Virus record (IMG/VR): IMGVR_UViG_3300044632_001319
Length of the DNA stretch: 64,000 nucleotides
Source of the DNA: a virus
Strand: one strand, 5' to 3'
Below are positions 53,416 to 63,267 of the stretch, piece after piece. Under the pieces are notes generated by a model. The model did no database searches and was not told the origin of the DNA. It was given only the letters and a program-made list of their open reading frames with translations. Position numbers and translations under genes: made by a program. Position 1 is the first letter of the stretch, and every line of letters begins with the position of its first letter.

Positions 53416-53955
53416 ATGGAAACGAGGAACGTGATTGACCACTACCATTATTGGAAGCATGAAGCGATCATCGCAGACCTTGATGCAAAGCGGAATAATT
53501 TTACCGTTGTTTGTAGCAATCTTTATAATGACTTCAATATTGCTACAGTTATTCGTAACGCGAATGCGTTTCTTTCTAAGCAAGTAATCCTTTATGGAGC
53601 AAAGCAGTATGATCGCCGTGGCACTGTAGGCACACATCATTACACACATTTCAAGCACGCCAAGACCTTTGTTGAACTGGAAGATCAGATCAAGATAATT
53701 CGTGGATCTTACGGAACAGTCAAAGTAATTGGCATAGATAATGTGCCAGGTGCTACGGCAATTGACGAGTTTGTATGGGACTCAAATACACATTATGTTC
53801 TAGCGTTTGGTCAGGAACAAGTTGGTCTACCCGCAGAAATCCTTGACATCTGCGACCAAGTATTGTACATTAAACAGTATGGAAGTGTCAGGAGTCTGAA
53901 TGTAGGAACCGCGAGTGGTATCGCAATGTACGCACTCGCAAGTAATGTGTTTTAA
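53416..53955 (+). CDS. SpoU/TrmH-family RNA 2'-O-methyltransferase
   Basis: N..NIATVIRNANAF, FGQEQVGL, I.QYGSVRSLNVGTASGIAMY SPOUT motifs. Confidence 0.9.
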   Translation: METRNVIDHYHYWKHEAIIADLDAKRNNFTVVCSNLYNDFNIATVIRNANAFLSKQVILYGAKQYDRRGTVGTHHYTHFKHAKTFVELEDQIKIIRGSYGTVKVIGIDNVPGATAIDEFVWDSNTHYVLAFGQEQVGLPAEILDICDQVLYIKQYGSVRSLNVGTASGIAMYALASNVF

Positions 53956-54026
53956 TATCCCGTGGTGAAACGGTATCACAGGAGACTTTGGTTCTCTTTT
54001 TCCTAGTTCGAATCTAGGCGGGGTAG
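53956..54026 (+). tRNA. tRNA-Gln(TTG)
   Basis: TATCCCG/CGGGGTA acceptor, GGAGA-CTTTGGT-TCTCT anticodon arm, TTCGAAT T-loop; no encoded CCA. Confidence 0.92.
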
Positions 54027-54029
54027 TTC

Positions 54030-54113
54030 GGGATTGTGGCGGAACAGGCAGACGCAACAGACTTAAAATCTGTCGATCAATTGATCGTGTGGGTTCGATT
54101 CCCACCATTCCCA
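54030..54113 (+). tRNA. tRNA-Leu(TAA)
   Basis: ACAGA-CTTAAAA-TCTGT anticodon arm, long variable arm, GTGGG-TTCGATT-CCCAC, discriminator A. Confidence 0.93.
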
Positions 54114-54117
54114 TTAC

Positions 54118-54199
54118 ACCAATGTGGCGGAACTGGCAGACGCGGTGGATTCAAAATCCATTGCCTTATGGCATGTGGGTTCGATTCCCACCTTTGGTA
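54118..54199 (+). tRNA. tRNA-Leu(CAA)
   Basis: GTGGA-TTCAAAA-TCCAT anticodon arm, variable arm, T arm, discriminator A. Confidence 0.92.
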
Positions 54200-54219
54200 T
54201 TATGAAACTAGAAGACACA

Positions 54220-54852
54220 ATGAAGACACTAATCGCAACAGCATTTATCGCAACGGCAGCACACGCAAATCTCACACTCACATTTGAGGATCTGCCTGAG
54301 CCTACAGTACCTTCCTCAAACGTTGAGTTCGTGGTTGCAAGTCCTATCGGAGATTACCAAGGATTTCAGTTCTTGAGCAATCTCGTCGTTCCTGCATCGA
54401 ATCCCGAATGGCAACCATTCTCAGGACGATGGGCATACTACGACATCAAGGATGTGGACTTCGGCGGCTACGACGATGGGCTCGTCGGTGACCGTGCGCT
54501 ATTCACCCCCTATGGGTCGGACGCTGCCAATGGGTTTAGAATCAGTCGAGACGAACTTTGGAGGTTTGTCGGTGCGGACATCACCGCTGCATGGATTGAC
54601 CTTGACTTGACTCTCACAGGATATCGGGATGGTTCGGTTGTATGGAGCCGCACTCTGTCGATCCCTTCTATGGTGAGAACAAGGCTAGAGTTCGATGAAG
54701 TAGCCATTGATACCTTGAAGATCTCAGGGTTTTCTCCTAACTCGCCCATCAACCATTTCATCCTCGACAATTTCTCTTACGAGATCGTTCCCACACCATC
54801 GGCACTTGCTCTGCTTGCGGTTGCTGGTGTGATCCGAAGGCGGCGACGATAA
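54220..54852 (+). CDS. PEP-CTERM-type exported surface protein
   Basis: Signal peptide MKTLIATAFIATAAHA, LTFEDL start, C-terminal VPTPSALALLAVAGVIRRRRR. Confidence 0.85.
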   Translation: MKTLIATAFIATAAHANLTLTFEDLPEPTVPSSNVEFVVASPIGDYQGFQFLSNLVVPASNPEWQPFSGRWAYYDIKDVDFGGYDDGLVGDRALFTPYGSDAANGFRISRDELWRFVGADITAAWIDLDLTLTGYRDGSVVWSRTLSIPSMVRTRLEFDEVAIDTLKISGFSPNSPINHFILDNFSYEIVPTPSALALLAVAGVIRRRRR

Positions 54853-55097
54853 TGTACGGAATCATTACTGAAACAAACCAATTTGTGTCAGATAACCTAG
54901 TAGACTCTTCGGGAGAACCCCGCAAGGGTCTTCTTGTTTTTAAGAAGAAATCAAATGCGGTAACGGAAGCAGAAAGTCTAAACGAAATTCGCAAGAGAAT
55001 GAAAATATCTCACTGCTATTCTGTCCAAAAGGCAACACCCGAGGATGTTCCAGAGTGTGGTATTATTTTAGATGGGTCATGGAAACAAAACTTATAA
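54852..55097 (+). CDS. hypothetical protein
   Basis: 81 aa ORF with TAATG coupling to the upstream gene. Confidence 0.55.
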   Translation: MYGIITETNQFVSDNLVDSSGEPRKGLLVFKKKSNAVTEAESLNEIRKRMKISHCYSVQKATPEDVPECGIILDGSWKQNL

Positions 55098-55100
55098 ATA
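55093..55100 (+). promoter_or_regulatory. T4-type late promoter TATAAATA
   Basis: Exact consensus 18 nt before ATG 55119. Confidence 0.7.
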
Positions 55101-55118
55101 AACCAGAGGGACAAACTT

Positions 55119-55478
55119 ATGGAATGTATTACTAAATTATTAACGCTTCAGAATCAACTTCGTATTCATCATTGGCAAACCCCATCCTATGCCGAGCACA
55201 AGGCATTAGGTAAAGCCTACGAGGGATTAGACGATCTTATCGATACCTTTGTCGAAACATACATGGGAAAGTATGGAAAAGATACTGAGCAACACAGAGG
55301 CATTGAACTTAAGGGATACGAAACTGCACATCCAATGCCAGTTATAAAATATTTTGAAGATTATTTGACCAACGAACTTCCATCCGATTTGTCAGAAGAG
55401 GATACAGATCTTTTGAATATTCGAGATGAAATGCTAGGTTTACTCAATCAGACAAAGTATCTGTTGACACTTCATTGA
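55119..55478 (+). CDS. ferritin/Dps-like protein (DUF5856-like)
   Basis: HHWQT.SYAEHKAL...Y..L..LID.FVE.YMGKYG...DLLNIRDEM....NQTKYLLTL. Confidence 0.78.
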   Translation: MECITKLLTLQNQLRIHHWQTPSYAEHKALGKAYEGLDDLIDTFVETYMGKYGKDTEQHRGIELKGYETAHPMPVIKYFEDYLTNELPSDLSEEDTDLLNIRDEMLGLLNQTKYLLTLH

Positions 55479-55491
55479 TTTGTGATATACT
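55464..55491 (+). promoter_or_regulatory. sigma70-type promoter for gp43B (probably leaderless)
   Basis: TTGACA-N16-TATACT with TG extension; ATG follows after a 6-nt gap. Confidence 0.75.
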
Positions 55492-55497
55492 TTTATT

Positions 55498-56643
55498 ATG
55501 GATTTGAAATCTCTTTCTAATGATGAATTGTTGAAACTTAAAAGACAAGCAGAACTTGATATTTCCAAATATCATAACTTTCAGTTGGTTCGTAAGATTC
55601 AATTGAACTCTGCTTACGGTGCAATAGGCAACCAATATTTCAGATATTATTCAACTGAACTCGCAGAGGCAATCACTCTGTCGGGTCAGTTGTCTATTCA
55701 ATGGATTGGTCAGGAATTGAATAAGTATCTGAATAAAGTAGTAAAGACAGAAGATGTTGATTATGTAATTTCCTCAGATACAGATTCGGTCTATCTTCGA
55801 TTGGATGTGTTGGTGGAGAAAGCATTCCCAAACAAGGGAATGGTTGATGGCAAACCTGTCCCTCCTCCCGATACCAAGAATGTAGTGAACTTTCTTGATA
55901 AGTCAGCAGAAGAATTGCTTCTTCCGTTCATCGACAAGAAGTTTAAGGAACTTGCCGATCTTACAAATGCCTATGAAAATAAAATGCAGATGGGTCGAGA
56001 GGTTATTGCTGACAAGGGAATTTGGACTGCGAAGAAAAGATACATGTTGAATGTGTGGGATTCTGAAGGTGTACGATATGCAGAACCCAAACTCAAGATC
56101 ATGGGCATTGAAACAACTCGCTCATCGACTCCCGAATTTGTTCGCAAGCATTTGAAGACTGCGATCAATATTACAATGAATGGGACCGAAAGCGATATGG
56201 TTGACTTTGTTGAGAAATGTCGTCAGGAATTTTATTCCTTGCCCCCAGAGGATATTGCATTTCCCCGAAGCGTCAATGGCATGGACAAATATGCGGATCG
56301 GGAATCGATTTATAAAAAATCAACACCAATCGCTGTCAAAGGTGCTTTGATCTATAATCATTATCTCAATCAATTTAAGATCAGCAAGAAATATCGCAAT
56401 ATCCGAGAAGGTGACAAAATTAAATTTCTTATGCTCAAGAAACCAAATCCTCTTGGTGGATCAATAGGAGAAGATCAAGTAATTTCATTTCCTAATGTTC
56501 TTCCAAAGGAATTTAAACTTGAAGGATATATTGATTTTAAAACTCAGTTTGAGAAATCATTTATTGATCCATTGACTGCCATCCTAGATACTATTGGTTG
56601 GTCAACAGAGAAGAAAAATACACTAGAAAATTTATTCGGTTGA
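55498..56643 (+). CDS. gp43B: DNA polymerase B, C-terminal part (motifs B, C, thumb)
   Basis: [42 protein letters not shown], clamp-binding TLENLFG. Confidence 0.95.
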   Translation: MDLKSLSNDELLKLKRQAELDISKYHNFQLVRKIQLNSAYGAIGNQYFRYYSTELAEAITLSGQLSIQWIGQELNKYLNKVVKTEDVDYVISSDTDSVYLRLDVLVEKAFPNKGMVDGKPVPPPDTKNVVNFLDKSAEELLLPFIDKKFKELADLTNAYENKMQMGREVIADKGIWTAKKRYMLNVWDSEGVRYAEPKLKIMGIETTRSSTPEFVRKHLKTAINITMNGTESDMVDFVEKCRQEFYSLPPEDIAFPRSVNGMDKYADRESIYKKSTPIAVKGALIYNHYLNQFKISKKYRNIREGDKIKFLMLKKPNPLGGSIGEDQVISFPNVLPKEFKLEGYIDFKTQFEKSFIDPLTAILDTIGWSTEKKNTLENLFG

Positions 56644-56653
56644 AAGGAATATT

Positions 56654-57703
56654 ATGAGTGACTTTTTATCATCGATGGTTAAATCATCAGGAAACAAATA
56701 TGCATCATTGGTTAGTGACGGTCTTGAAGGATCAGATGTCAGTGGATTTGTAGACACTGGAACTTATCTTCTCAACGGATTGCTGAGTGGAAGTATCTAT
56801 TCTGGAATGCCTGGTAACAAAATCCTTGCACTTGCTGGGGAATCTTCTACAGGTAAAACTTACTTTACTCTATCTATTGTATCCAAGTTTCTAAGAGACA
56901 ATCCAGAAGCAGTTGTTCTGTACTTTGATTCAGAGCAAGCAGTCACTTCTGAGATGTTCAAGAATCGTGGCATCGATCCAAAGCGAATTGCAGTATTTCC
57001 TGTATCGACTGTAGAAGAGTTTCGTCATCAGGCAATCACGATTGTTGATAAGTATCTTGAACTTCCAAAGGATGATCGTAAACCAACTATGATTGTTCTT
57101 GATTCTCTTGGTATGTTGTCAACATCCAAAGAGATGAACGATACTGCCGAAGGCAAGGAAACGCGAGATATGACTCGCGCACAAATTGTGAAGTCAACTT
57201 TCCGTGTACTTACAGTCAAACTTGGCATCGCAAAGATTCCAATGATCATGACGAATCATACTTATCAAGTCGTTGGTGCTTATGTCCCAATGTCTGAGAT
57301 GGGTGGTGGTACAGGTCTTAAGTATGCAGCATCAACTATTGTTTATCTTTCGAAGAAGAAAGATAAGAATTCCGATGGTGAAGTTGTTGGTAACATTGTT
57401 CATTGTAAACTTTACAAGGGTAGGTTTACCAAGGAAAATAAACAAATCGATGTTCGTCTAAATTATGACACTGGTCTTGATCCATATTATGGTCTTGTAG
57501 AAATTGCTGTAAATGCTGGTATATTTAAGAAAAATTCAACACGAATTGAATTGCCAGATGGAAGTAAAGTATTTGAAAAGACCATCTATGATAATCCTGA
57601 AAAGTATTTTACCAAGGATGTTCTTGATCTGATCGACAAGGCAGTGTATACTGAGTTTAGTTACGGCGCAGACTCTGTAACTAACGAGGATGAAAATGAC
57701 TGA
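56654..57703 (+). CDS. uvsX: RecA-like recombinase
   Basis: [37 protein letters not shown]. Confidence 0.95.
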   Translation: MSDFLSSMVKSSGNKYASLVSDGLEGSDVSGFVDTGTYLLNGLLSGSIYSGMPGNKILALAGESSTGKTYFTLSIVSKFLRDNPEAVVLYFDSEQAVTSEMFKNRGIDPKRIAVFPVSTVEEFRHQAITIVDKYLELPKDDRKPTMIVLDSLGMLSTSKEMNDTAEGKETRDMTRAQIVKSTFRVLTVKLGIAKIPMIMTNHTYQVVGAYVPMSEMGGGTGLKYAASTIVYLSKKKDKNSDGEVVGNIVHCKLYKGRFTKENKQIDVRLNYDTGLDPYYGLVEIAVNAGIFKKNSTRIELPDGSKVFEKTIYDNPEKYFTKDVLDLIDKAVYTEFSYGADSVTNEDEND

Positions 57704-59081
57704 TGTTGAAAAACTAATTCTTCACAATCTACTTAAAAACGAAACGTATTCTAGAAAAGTCACTCCCTTTATCAAAAGGGAGTATTTTCATGATCGTAGT
57801 GTTCGTTTTGTATATGAAACTATTAATGACTTTATAATCAAATACAACAATCTTCCCACAAAGGAAGCGTTGTATATTCTTCTGGATAAAAACAAAAGCA
57901 TAACTCAAGAGGAGATGAAGCGTGTCGTTGGTATCGTTGAGCAAATCTCGAACAATCAAGAATTATGTGATGCGGAATGGTTGCTCAACGAGACAGAAAA
58001 TTTCTGTAAAGACAAAGCGGTTTACAATGCCATTATGGAGTCGATTCAGATTATCGATGGCAAGACCCAGCAGTCTCAAGGATCTATTCCAGATATTTTG
58101 TCAAAGGCACTAGCAGTCTCCTTCGACGTTCATATCGGTCATGACTATATCGAAGACTACAATGAGCGATATGATTTCTATCATGCAAAGGAAAAGCGAA
58201 TCGCATTTGATCTTGACTTCTTCAATCAAATCACGAATGGTGGAACACCAACAAAAACATTGAACATTGTCATGGCAGGGACTGGAGTTGGTAAATCTTT
58301 GTTCCTATGTCACCATGCAGCAAATTGTTTGAAGCAAAATCAAAATGTTCTTTACATAACATGTGAAATGGCAGAGGAAAGAATTGCTGAGAGAATAGAT
58401 GCAAATCTATTGGATGTGAGTCTAGATAATCTTCGTGAACTTCCTAAGAGTGTATATGAAAGCAAGATGAAGACTCTAGGTTCGGGTGTTCGTGGTAAGT
58501 TAATTATCAAGGAATATCCAACAGCAACTGCAAATGTCAATCATTTTAGATTTCTTCTTGATGAATTGAATCTCAAGAGAAAATTCAAACCAGATGTGAT
58601 CTTTGTGGATTATTTGAACATTTGTGCTTCTGCTAGACTTAAGAGTGGCAATAATGTAAATTCATACACATATGTAAAGTCCATAGCAGAAGAACTAAGA
58701 GGTCTTGCAGTCGAGTATGGTGTTCCTTTGTTCAGTGCAACACAGACTACACGATCTGGATATTCCAGCACCGATGTTGGTCTTGAAGATACATCTGAGT
58801 CATTCGGTCTTCCTGCAACTGCTGACTTTATGATTGCTTTGATTTCTACTGAAGAACTAGCAGAAGCAAATCAAATCATGGTAAAGCAATTGAAGAATCG
58901 CTATAATGACACTGCAACAAATCGTAAATTTATTCTAGGAATCAATCGTTCCAAGATGAAAGTTTTCGATATCAAGAAAGAAGATGCATCTATTATTCCT
59001 GCTTCAAACAAGCAGATTCAGATGACTGCTTCTAGCAAATCATTCACAAAGGCAAATGATATAGATACCTGGAAATTCTAA
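57690..59081 (+). CDS. gp41: replicative helicase
   Basis: [39 protein letters not shown]. Confidence 0.96.
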   Translation: MKMTDVEKLILHNLLKNETYSRKVTPFIKREYFHDRSVRFVYETINDFIIKYNNLPTKEALYILLDKNKSITQEEMKRVVGIVEQISNNQELCDAEWLLNETENFCKDKAVYNAIMESIQIIDGKTQQSQGSIPDILSKALAVSFDVHIGHDYIEDYNERYDFYHAKEKRIAFDLDFFNQITNGGTPTKTLNIVMAGTGVGKSLFLCHHAANCLKQNQNVLYITCEMAEERIAERIDANLLDVSLDNLRELPKSVYESKMKTLGSGVRGKLIIKEYPTATANVNHFRFLLDELNLKRKFKPDVIFVDYLNICASARLKSGNNVNSYTYVKSIAEELRGLAVEYGVPLFSATQTTRSGYSSTDVGLEDTSESFGLPATADFMIALISTEELAEANQIMVKQLKNRYNDTATNRKFILGINRSKMKVFDIKKEDASIIPASNKQIQMTASSKSFTKANDIDTWKF

Positions 59082-60076
59082 TGTCGCTTTATATCGATAA
59101 GAAATATGTAAATCTAGTATCTACTTCCCTTGAGAAGTTTAAATGGAAGAAGGTAAATCTTGCTAACTGCCGTTGTCCGTTGTGTGGGGATTCCGAAACA
59201 AATAAAAACAAAGCGAGAGGTTATTTTTTCAGCAATAATGATAACTATTTTTATAAGTGTCATAATTGTGGGATTTCATATAACATTTATAAGTTTCTTG
59301 AAATAATTTCTCCTTCCTTGTTCAAGCAATATTGTTTGGAAACATTTACAGACAAGGATATCAAATTTGTAAATGAAGAAGAACCAATTGCACATAGCAA
59401 ACCAAGACCAGATACACTCATATCTTCATATAAAATAATAGATTCTTTATCGAATGATCATAAGGCAATTCAATTTCTAGAATCTAGAAAGATACCAAAG
59501 AATCAGTGGGGTAAATTTGCATATACAGAACATTTTAGTAAATTTGCCAAAGAGATAAGTGCTGATTATGATCTAATTGATGATGAAAGAATGTTGATAC
59601 TCATACACGATGAGCACAATAAACTCATTGGTGTTCAAGGTAGATCATTTGGAAATGTAAAACCAAAGTACATCACCCTCAAGACTGATGAAAAGATTAA
59701 GTTGGTTTATGGATTGAATCGAATCGATAAAAGCAAACCAATTTTTGTTGTAGAAGGGCCTATAGATAGCATGTTCTTGAACAATTCAATTGCTTGTCTT
59801 GGGATAGGAAACTTCATAGAAGTCAGAAAAATGTTTCCAAATGAAGATCTAATTTTTATAGTAGATAATGAACCTAGAAGTAGAACAGTTGCATTGACCA
59901 TGAAAACACTAATTGAGAATAATGAAAAAATTTGTATTTTTCCAAGCAGTGTAAAAGAAAAAGATATAAATGATATGGTGTTGCAAGGAATTGATGTACA
60001 TGGTATGATTAGTGAAAGCGTGTATCGGGGACCATCTGCTATGATGGCATATAATGCTTGGAGGAAATGCACATGA
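59081..60076 (+). CDS. gp61: DNA primase
   Basis: CPLCGDS...CHNC zinc finger, QGRS, VEGPIDS, DNEPR, KDINDM. Confidence 0.95.
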   Translation: MSLYIDKKYVNLVSTSLEKFKWKKVNLANCRCPLCGDSETNKNKARGYFFSNNDNYFYKCHNCGISYNIYKFLEIISPSLFKQYCLETFTDKDIKFVNEEEPIAHSKPRPDTLISSYKIIDSLSNDHKAIQFLESRKIPKNQWGKFAYTEHFSKFAKEISADYDLIDDERMLILIHDEHNKLIGVQGRSFGNVKPKYITLKTDEKIKLVYGLNRIDKSKPIFVVEGPIDSMFLNNSIACLGIGNFIEVRKMFPNEDLIFIVDNEPRSRTVALTMKTLIENNEKICIFPSSVKEKDINDMVLQGIDVHGMISESVYRGPSAMMAYNAWRKCT

Positions 60077-60597
60077 ACATATCTAAAGATGACTTTTTGT
60101 TACTTACTGGACTTGCAGAATTTCATTTTAAATTCAGTGAGTATGTCCGCGAGAATAATGAAGAAATGTTTTTTCGCGCAATCGATTATGCACAAACATT
60201 TACAAATGTGCAAGGAATAAAATTCGATTACTGGCACGAAGATAATAAGAGATTCCTTCAAGAACTTTACGATATCATTCGTAAGCGTCAAACTAATTTT
60301 GATAAACTCGCAAGTAAACTTGGCAAGGAAGAAGCAACAAAGGTTTGGATATCTAAAAAGAAAACAACCAATGAAGATCCTCTTGGCATGAAGAATTATT
60401 TTTCTAATTTTGTAAGACATGCTAGGGAATTGGATTATGATGCTTTTGATATGCAAGATTGGATCAACTTTGTAAAAATAGCAAAGAATATAAAAAATGA
60501 TCCAAAGTTCATAGAGTTTAGCATCGGTCAGATCAAAAGAGTATTGGGTGAAGATTCTGAACTAATTAAGGAATTTGATGATGAAACAAAAAATTAA
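60073..60597 (+). CDS. hypothetical protein
   Basis: ATGA overlap with primase and a GAGG RBS. Confidence 0.6.
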   Translation: MNISKDDFLLLTGLAEFHFKFSEYVRENNEEMFFRAIDYAQTFTNVQGIKFDYWHEDNKRFLQELYDIIRKRQTNFDKLASKLGKEEATKVWISKKKTTNEDPLGMKNYFSNFVRHARELDYDAFDMQDWINFVKIAKNIKNDPKFIEFSIGQIKRVLGEDSELIKEFDDETKN

Positions 60598-61285
60598 TGT
60601 ACTTGATGCTGGATTTGTTGAACTCGTAGAGTGCATGGGTTCGGATCTGACTGTGGTCAATGCTGCAAGAGTTTCTTTCAACAAAGAAGCAACTTGGCAA
60701 ACTGATCAAAAAGGAAACAAGATTCTTTCTGATAAGGATTTCAAACTCATTCGTTATCTTGCTGATCATGAGCATTGGACTCCCTTTGCTCATCCACAAA
60801 TTACATTGAGAATCAAAGCACCCATTTCTATTCGTACACAACTTTTCAAACATAAAGTTGGATTTGTCGAGAATGAAATTTCTCGTCGTTATGTTTCTTA
60901 TGAACCAGATCTTTATTTCCCGTACTTTCGCGGCAAACCTACAACTGGTGCAAAGCAAGGTTCTGAAGACTTCATTACGGATATCAGACTGAAAGAAGAG
61001 ATTGATCGGAAGTATCGTGAAGCAGCAGAAAAGTGTGTTGAAATTTATGATGAACTATTGGCATCAGGAGTAGCACCAGAACAAGCACGATTTGTTCTAC
61101 CACAAGGTGTATATACAGAGTGGTGGTGGACTGGTTCATTGTCTGCATATGCGCGAGTATATACACAAAGAATTAACCCACACGCGCAGTGGGAAGTGCG
61201 TGAATATGCCAAAGCAATTGGTGAGATCATTGAACCTCTTTTCCCAGAATCTTGGTTAGCACTCACTCGTAATACGAATACATAA
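60581..61285 (+). CDS. thyX: flavin-dependent thymidylate synthase
   Basis: VVNAARVSF, HWTPF, KH...NEISRRY, APEQARFVLP, HAQWEVR. Confidence 0.95.
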   Translation: MKQKINVLDAGFVELVECMGSDLTVVNAARVSFNKEATWQTDQKGNKILSDKDFKLIRYLADHEHWTPFAHPQITLRIKAPISIRTQLFKHKVGFVENEISRRYVSYEPDLYFPYFRGKPTTGAKQGSEDFITDIRLKEEIDRKYREAAEKCVEIYDELLASGVAPEQARFVLPQGVYTEWWWTGSLSAYARVYTQRINPHAQWEVREYAKAIGEIIEPLFPESWLALTRNTNT

Positions 61286-61313
61286 GAATGCCCTTTTGGG
61301 AACAGGAGTTACT

Positions 61314-63233
61314 ATGAAAGAATTACCATCGGATTATCAAAAATTTATTCACACATCACGATACGCTCGTTGGATTGAAAAAGAAAAACGACGAGAGACA
61401 TGGGGTGAGACAGTAAAGCGTTATTTTGATTTCTTTGAGACACACCTCAAGGAACACAACAATTATACGATTCCACAAGAACTAAGAGCAGAACTTGAGA
61501 ATGCTGTTCTCAATCTTGAAATCATGCCAAGCATGAGAGCATTGATGACTGCTGGAGAGGCACTTCGTCGTGACAACACAGCAGGATATAATTGCTCGTA
61601 TGTAGCAATCAATCGTGTTCGTGCTTTCGATGAAATACTATATATTTTGATGTGTGGTACAGGTGTTGGTTTCTCGGTGGAGAGACAATATGTTGAAAAA
61701 CTTCCTACAATTGCTGAAAACTTCTCTGCTAGTGATACCACTATCATTGTGGAAGATAGCAAGGCTGGTTGGGCTAAGGCTTACAAAGAACTTGTCTCCT
61801 TACTCATTGGAGGTCAAATACCAAAATGGGATATATCAAAAATTCGTCCTGCTGGGGCTCGTCTCAAAACTTTCGGTGGCAGAGCAAGCGGACCAAGACC
61901 TCTGGAAGACCTGTTTAAGTTCACCGTTGATACTTTTAAGAGAGCATCGGGGAGAAAACTCACAAGTATCGAATGCCATGATATCGTCTGTAAAATTGCA
62001 GAAATTGTGGTGGTGGGAGGAGTCCGTAGATCTGCTCTTATTAGCCTATCCAATCTTACAGACGAAAGAATGCGAGATGCCAAATCTGGTGCATGGTGGA
62101 ATGAAAATCCGCAAAGAGCACTCGCAAACAATTCCGTTGCGTACAAGGAAAAACCAGAAATAGGAGTGTTCATGGATGAGTGGGTTTCGCTATATAAATC
62201 AAAAAGTGGAGAACGTGGTATTTTTAATCGCGATGCTTGTAGGAAGACTGTCGCTAAACTTGGAGATCGCCGTGACTCGTCTTATGAGTTTGGTACAAAT
62301 CCTTGCTCTGAGATTATTCTACGCGACCGTGAATTTTGCAACCTTACTGAAGTTGTAGTTCGTCCAGGTGATGGTCTAGCATCTCTTCGTCGTAAGGTTC
62401 GTCTTGCTGCTATTCTTGGAACTTGGCAAGCATCACTAACTCACTTCCCATATCTTTCTTCTGAATGGAAGAAGAACTGTGAAGAGGAAGCATTGCTAGG
62501 ACTCTCACTCACTGGTATTCTAGACAACCAAATGATGCGTTCGGTTGGCGATCTTCCAAACACCTTGGAGGTTCTGAAGCAAGAAGCAATTACAACCAAT
62601 GAAGTTTGGGCAAAAACTATTGGTATTAATCCAGCAGCAGCAATCACTTGCATCAAACCATCGGGTACAGTCTCACAACTAACTGATGCAGCATCTGGTA
62701 TTCATGCTCGTCACAATAATTATTACATCCGCACGGTTCGTGCTGATCGTAAGGATCCTCTGTGCCAAATGATGATTGATATGGGATTCCCTGCGGAACC
62801 TTGTGTAATGAAACCAGACCACACAATGGTCTTCTCATTCCCAATGAAAGCAGAGGGATCAATTACTCGTAACGACATGACTGCAATTGAGCATCTAGAG
62901 TTATGGTTAACATATCAGAGACACTGGTGTGAACACAAACCATCAATCACTGTCACCGTCAAGGAACACGAATGGATGGAGGTCGGAGCATTTGTTTACA
63001 AGCACTTTGATGAAATCAGTGGCATCTCATTCCTTCCCCACAGCGATCACTCATATCGTCAAGCACCTTACCAAGACTGCACTAAAGAAGAATATGAAGC
63101 AGCATATATACAGATGCCAAAGAATGTAGACTGGACTCTACTTTCTAAATATGAGAAAGAAGATAAGACTGTAGGAGCACAAACCTTTGCCTGTAGTGGC
63201 GATAAATGTGAACTTGTAGATCTTACTACATAA
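61314..63233 (+). CDS. nrdJ: class II (B12-dependent) ribonucleotide reductase
   Basis: PSMRAL, YNC, GGVRRSA, GTNPCSEI, TCIKPSGTVS, C-terminal ACSGDKCE; no beta-subunit gene adjacent. Confidence 0.92.
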   Translation: MKELPSDYQKFIHTSRYARWIEKEKRRETWGETVKRYFDFFETHLKEHNNYTIPQELRAELENAVLNLEIMPSMRALMTAGEALRRDNTAGYNCSYVAINRVRAFDEILYILMCGTGVGFSVERQYVEKLPTIAENFSASDTTIIVEDSKAGWAKAYKELVSLLIGGQIPKWDISKIRPAGARLKTFGGRASGPRPLEDLFKFTVDTFKRASGRKLTSIECHDIVCKIAEIVVVGGVRRSALISLSNLTDERMRDAKSGAWWNENPQRALANNSVAYKEKPEIGVFMDEWVSLYKSKSGERGIFNRDACRKTVAKLGDRRDSSYEFGTNPCSEIILRDREFCNLTEVVVRPGDGLASLRRKVRLAAILGTWQASLTHFPYLSSEWKKNCEEEALLGLSLTGILDNQMMRSVGDLPNTLEVLKQEAITTNEVWAKTIGINPAAAITCIKPSGTVSQLTDAASGIHARHNNYYIRTVRADRKDPLCQMMIDMGFPAEPCVMKPDHTMVFSFPMKAEGSITRNDMTAIEHLELWLTYQRHWCEHKPSITVTVKEHEWMEVGAFVYKHFDEISGISFLPHSDHSYRQAPYQDCTKEEYEAAYIQMPKNVDWTLLSKYEKEDKTVGAQTFACSGDKCELVDLTT

Positions 63234-63267
63234 TAAGTACCCCACTTGAGATAGCATCTCAGGTCCG

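Noticed and set aside
54036-54219. ORF-track starts at 54036 and 54124 (and minus ORF 53827-54114)
   Set aside because: They run through tRNA genes; the signal peptide supports a start at 54220.
53956-55478. Integrated mobile element at the tRNAs
   Set aside because: No integrase, transposase or duplicated tRNA 3' end seen downstream.
53300-55600. Split intein or group I intron joining the polymerase halves
   Set aside because: No intein N-terminal block or HN-C/S/T end and no homing endonuclease; the gap is filled with ordinary genes and gp43B has its own promoter.
61463-63129. Overlapping alternative-frame ORFs in nrdJ (likewise in gp23)
   Set aside because: No RBS or motifs; expected by-products of codon bias in long genes.
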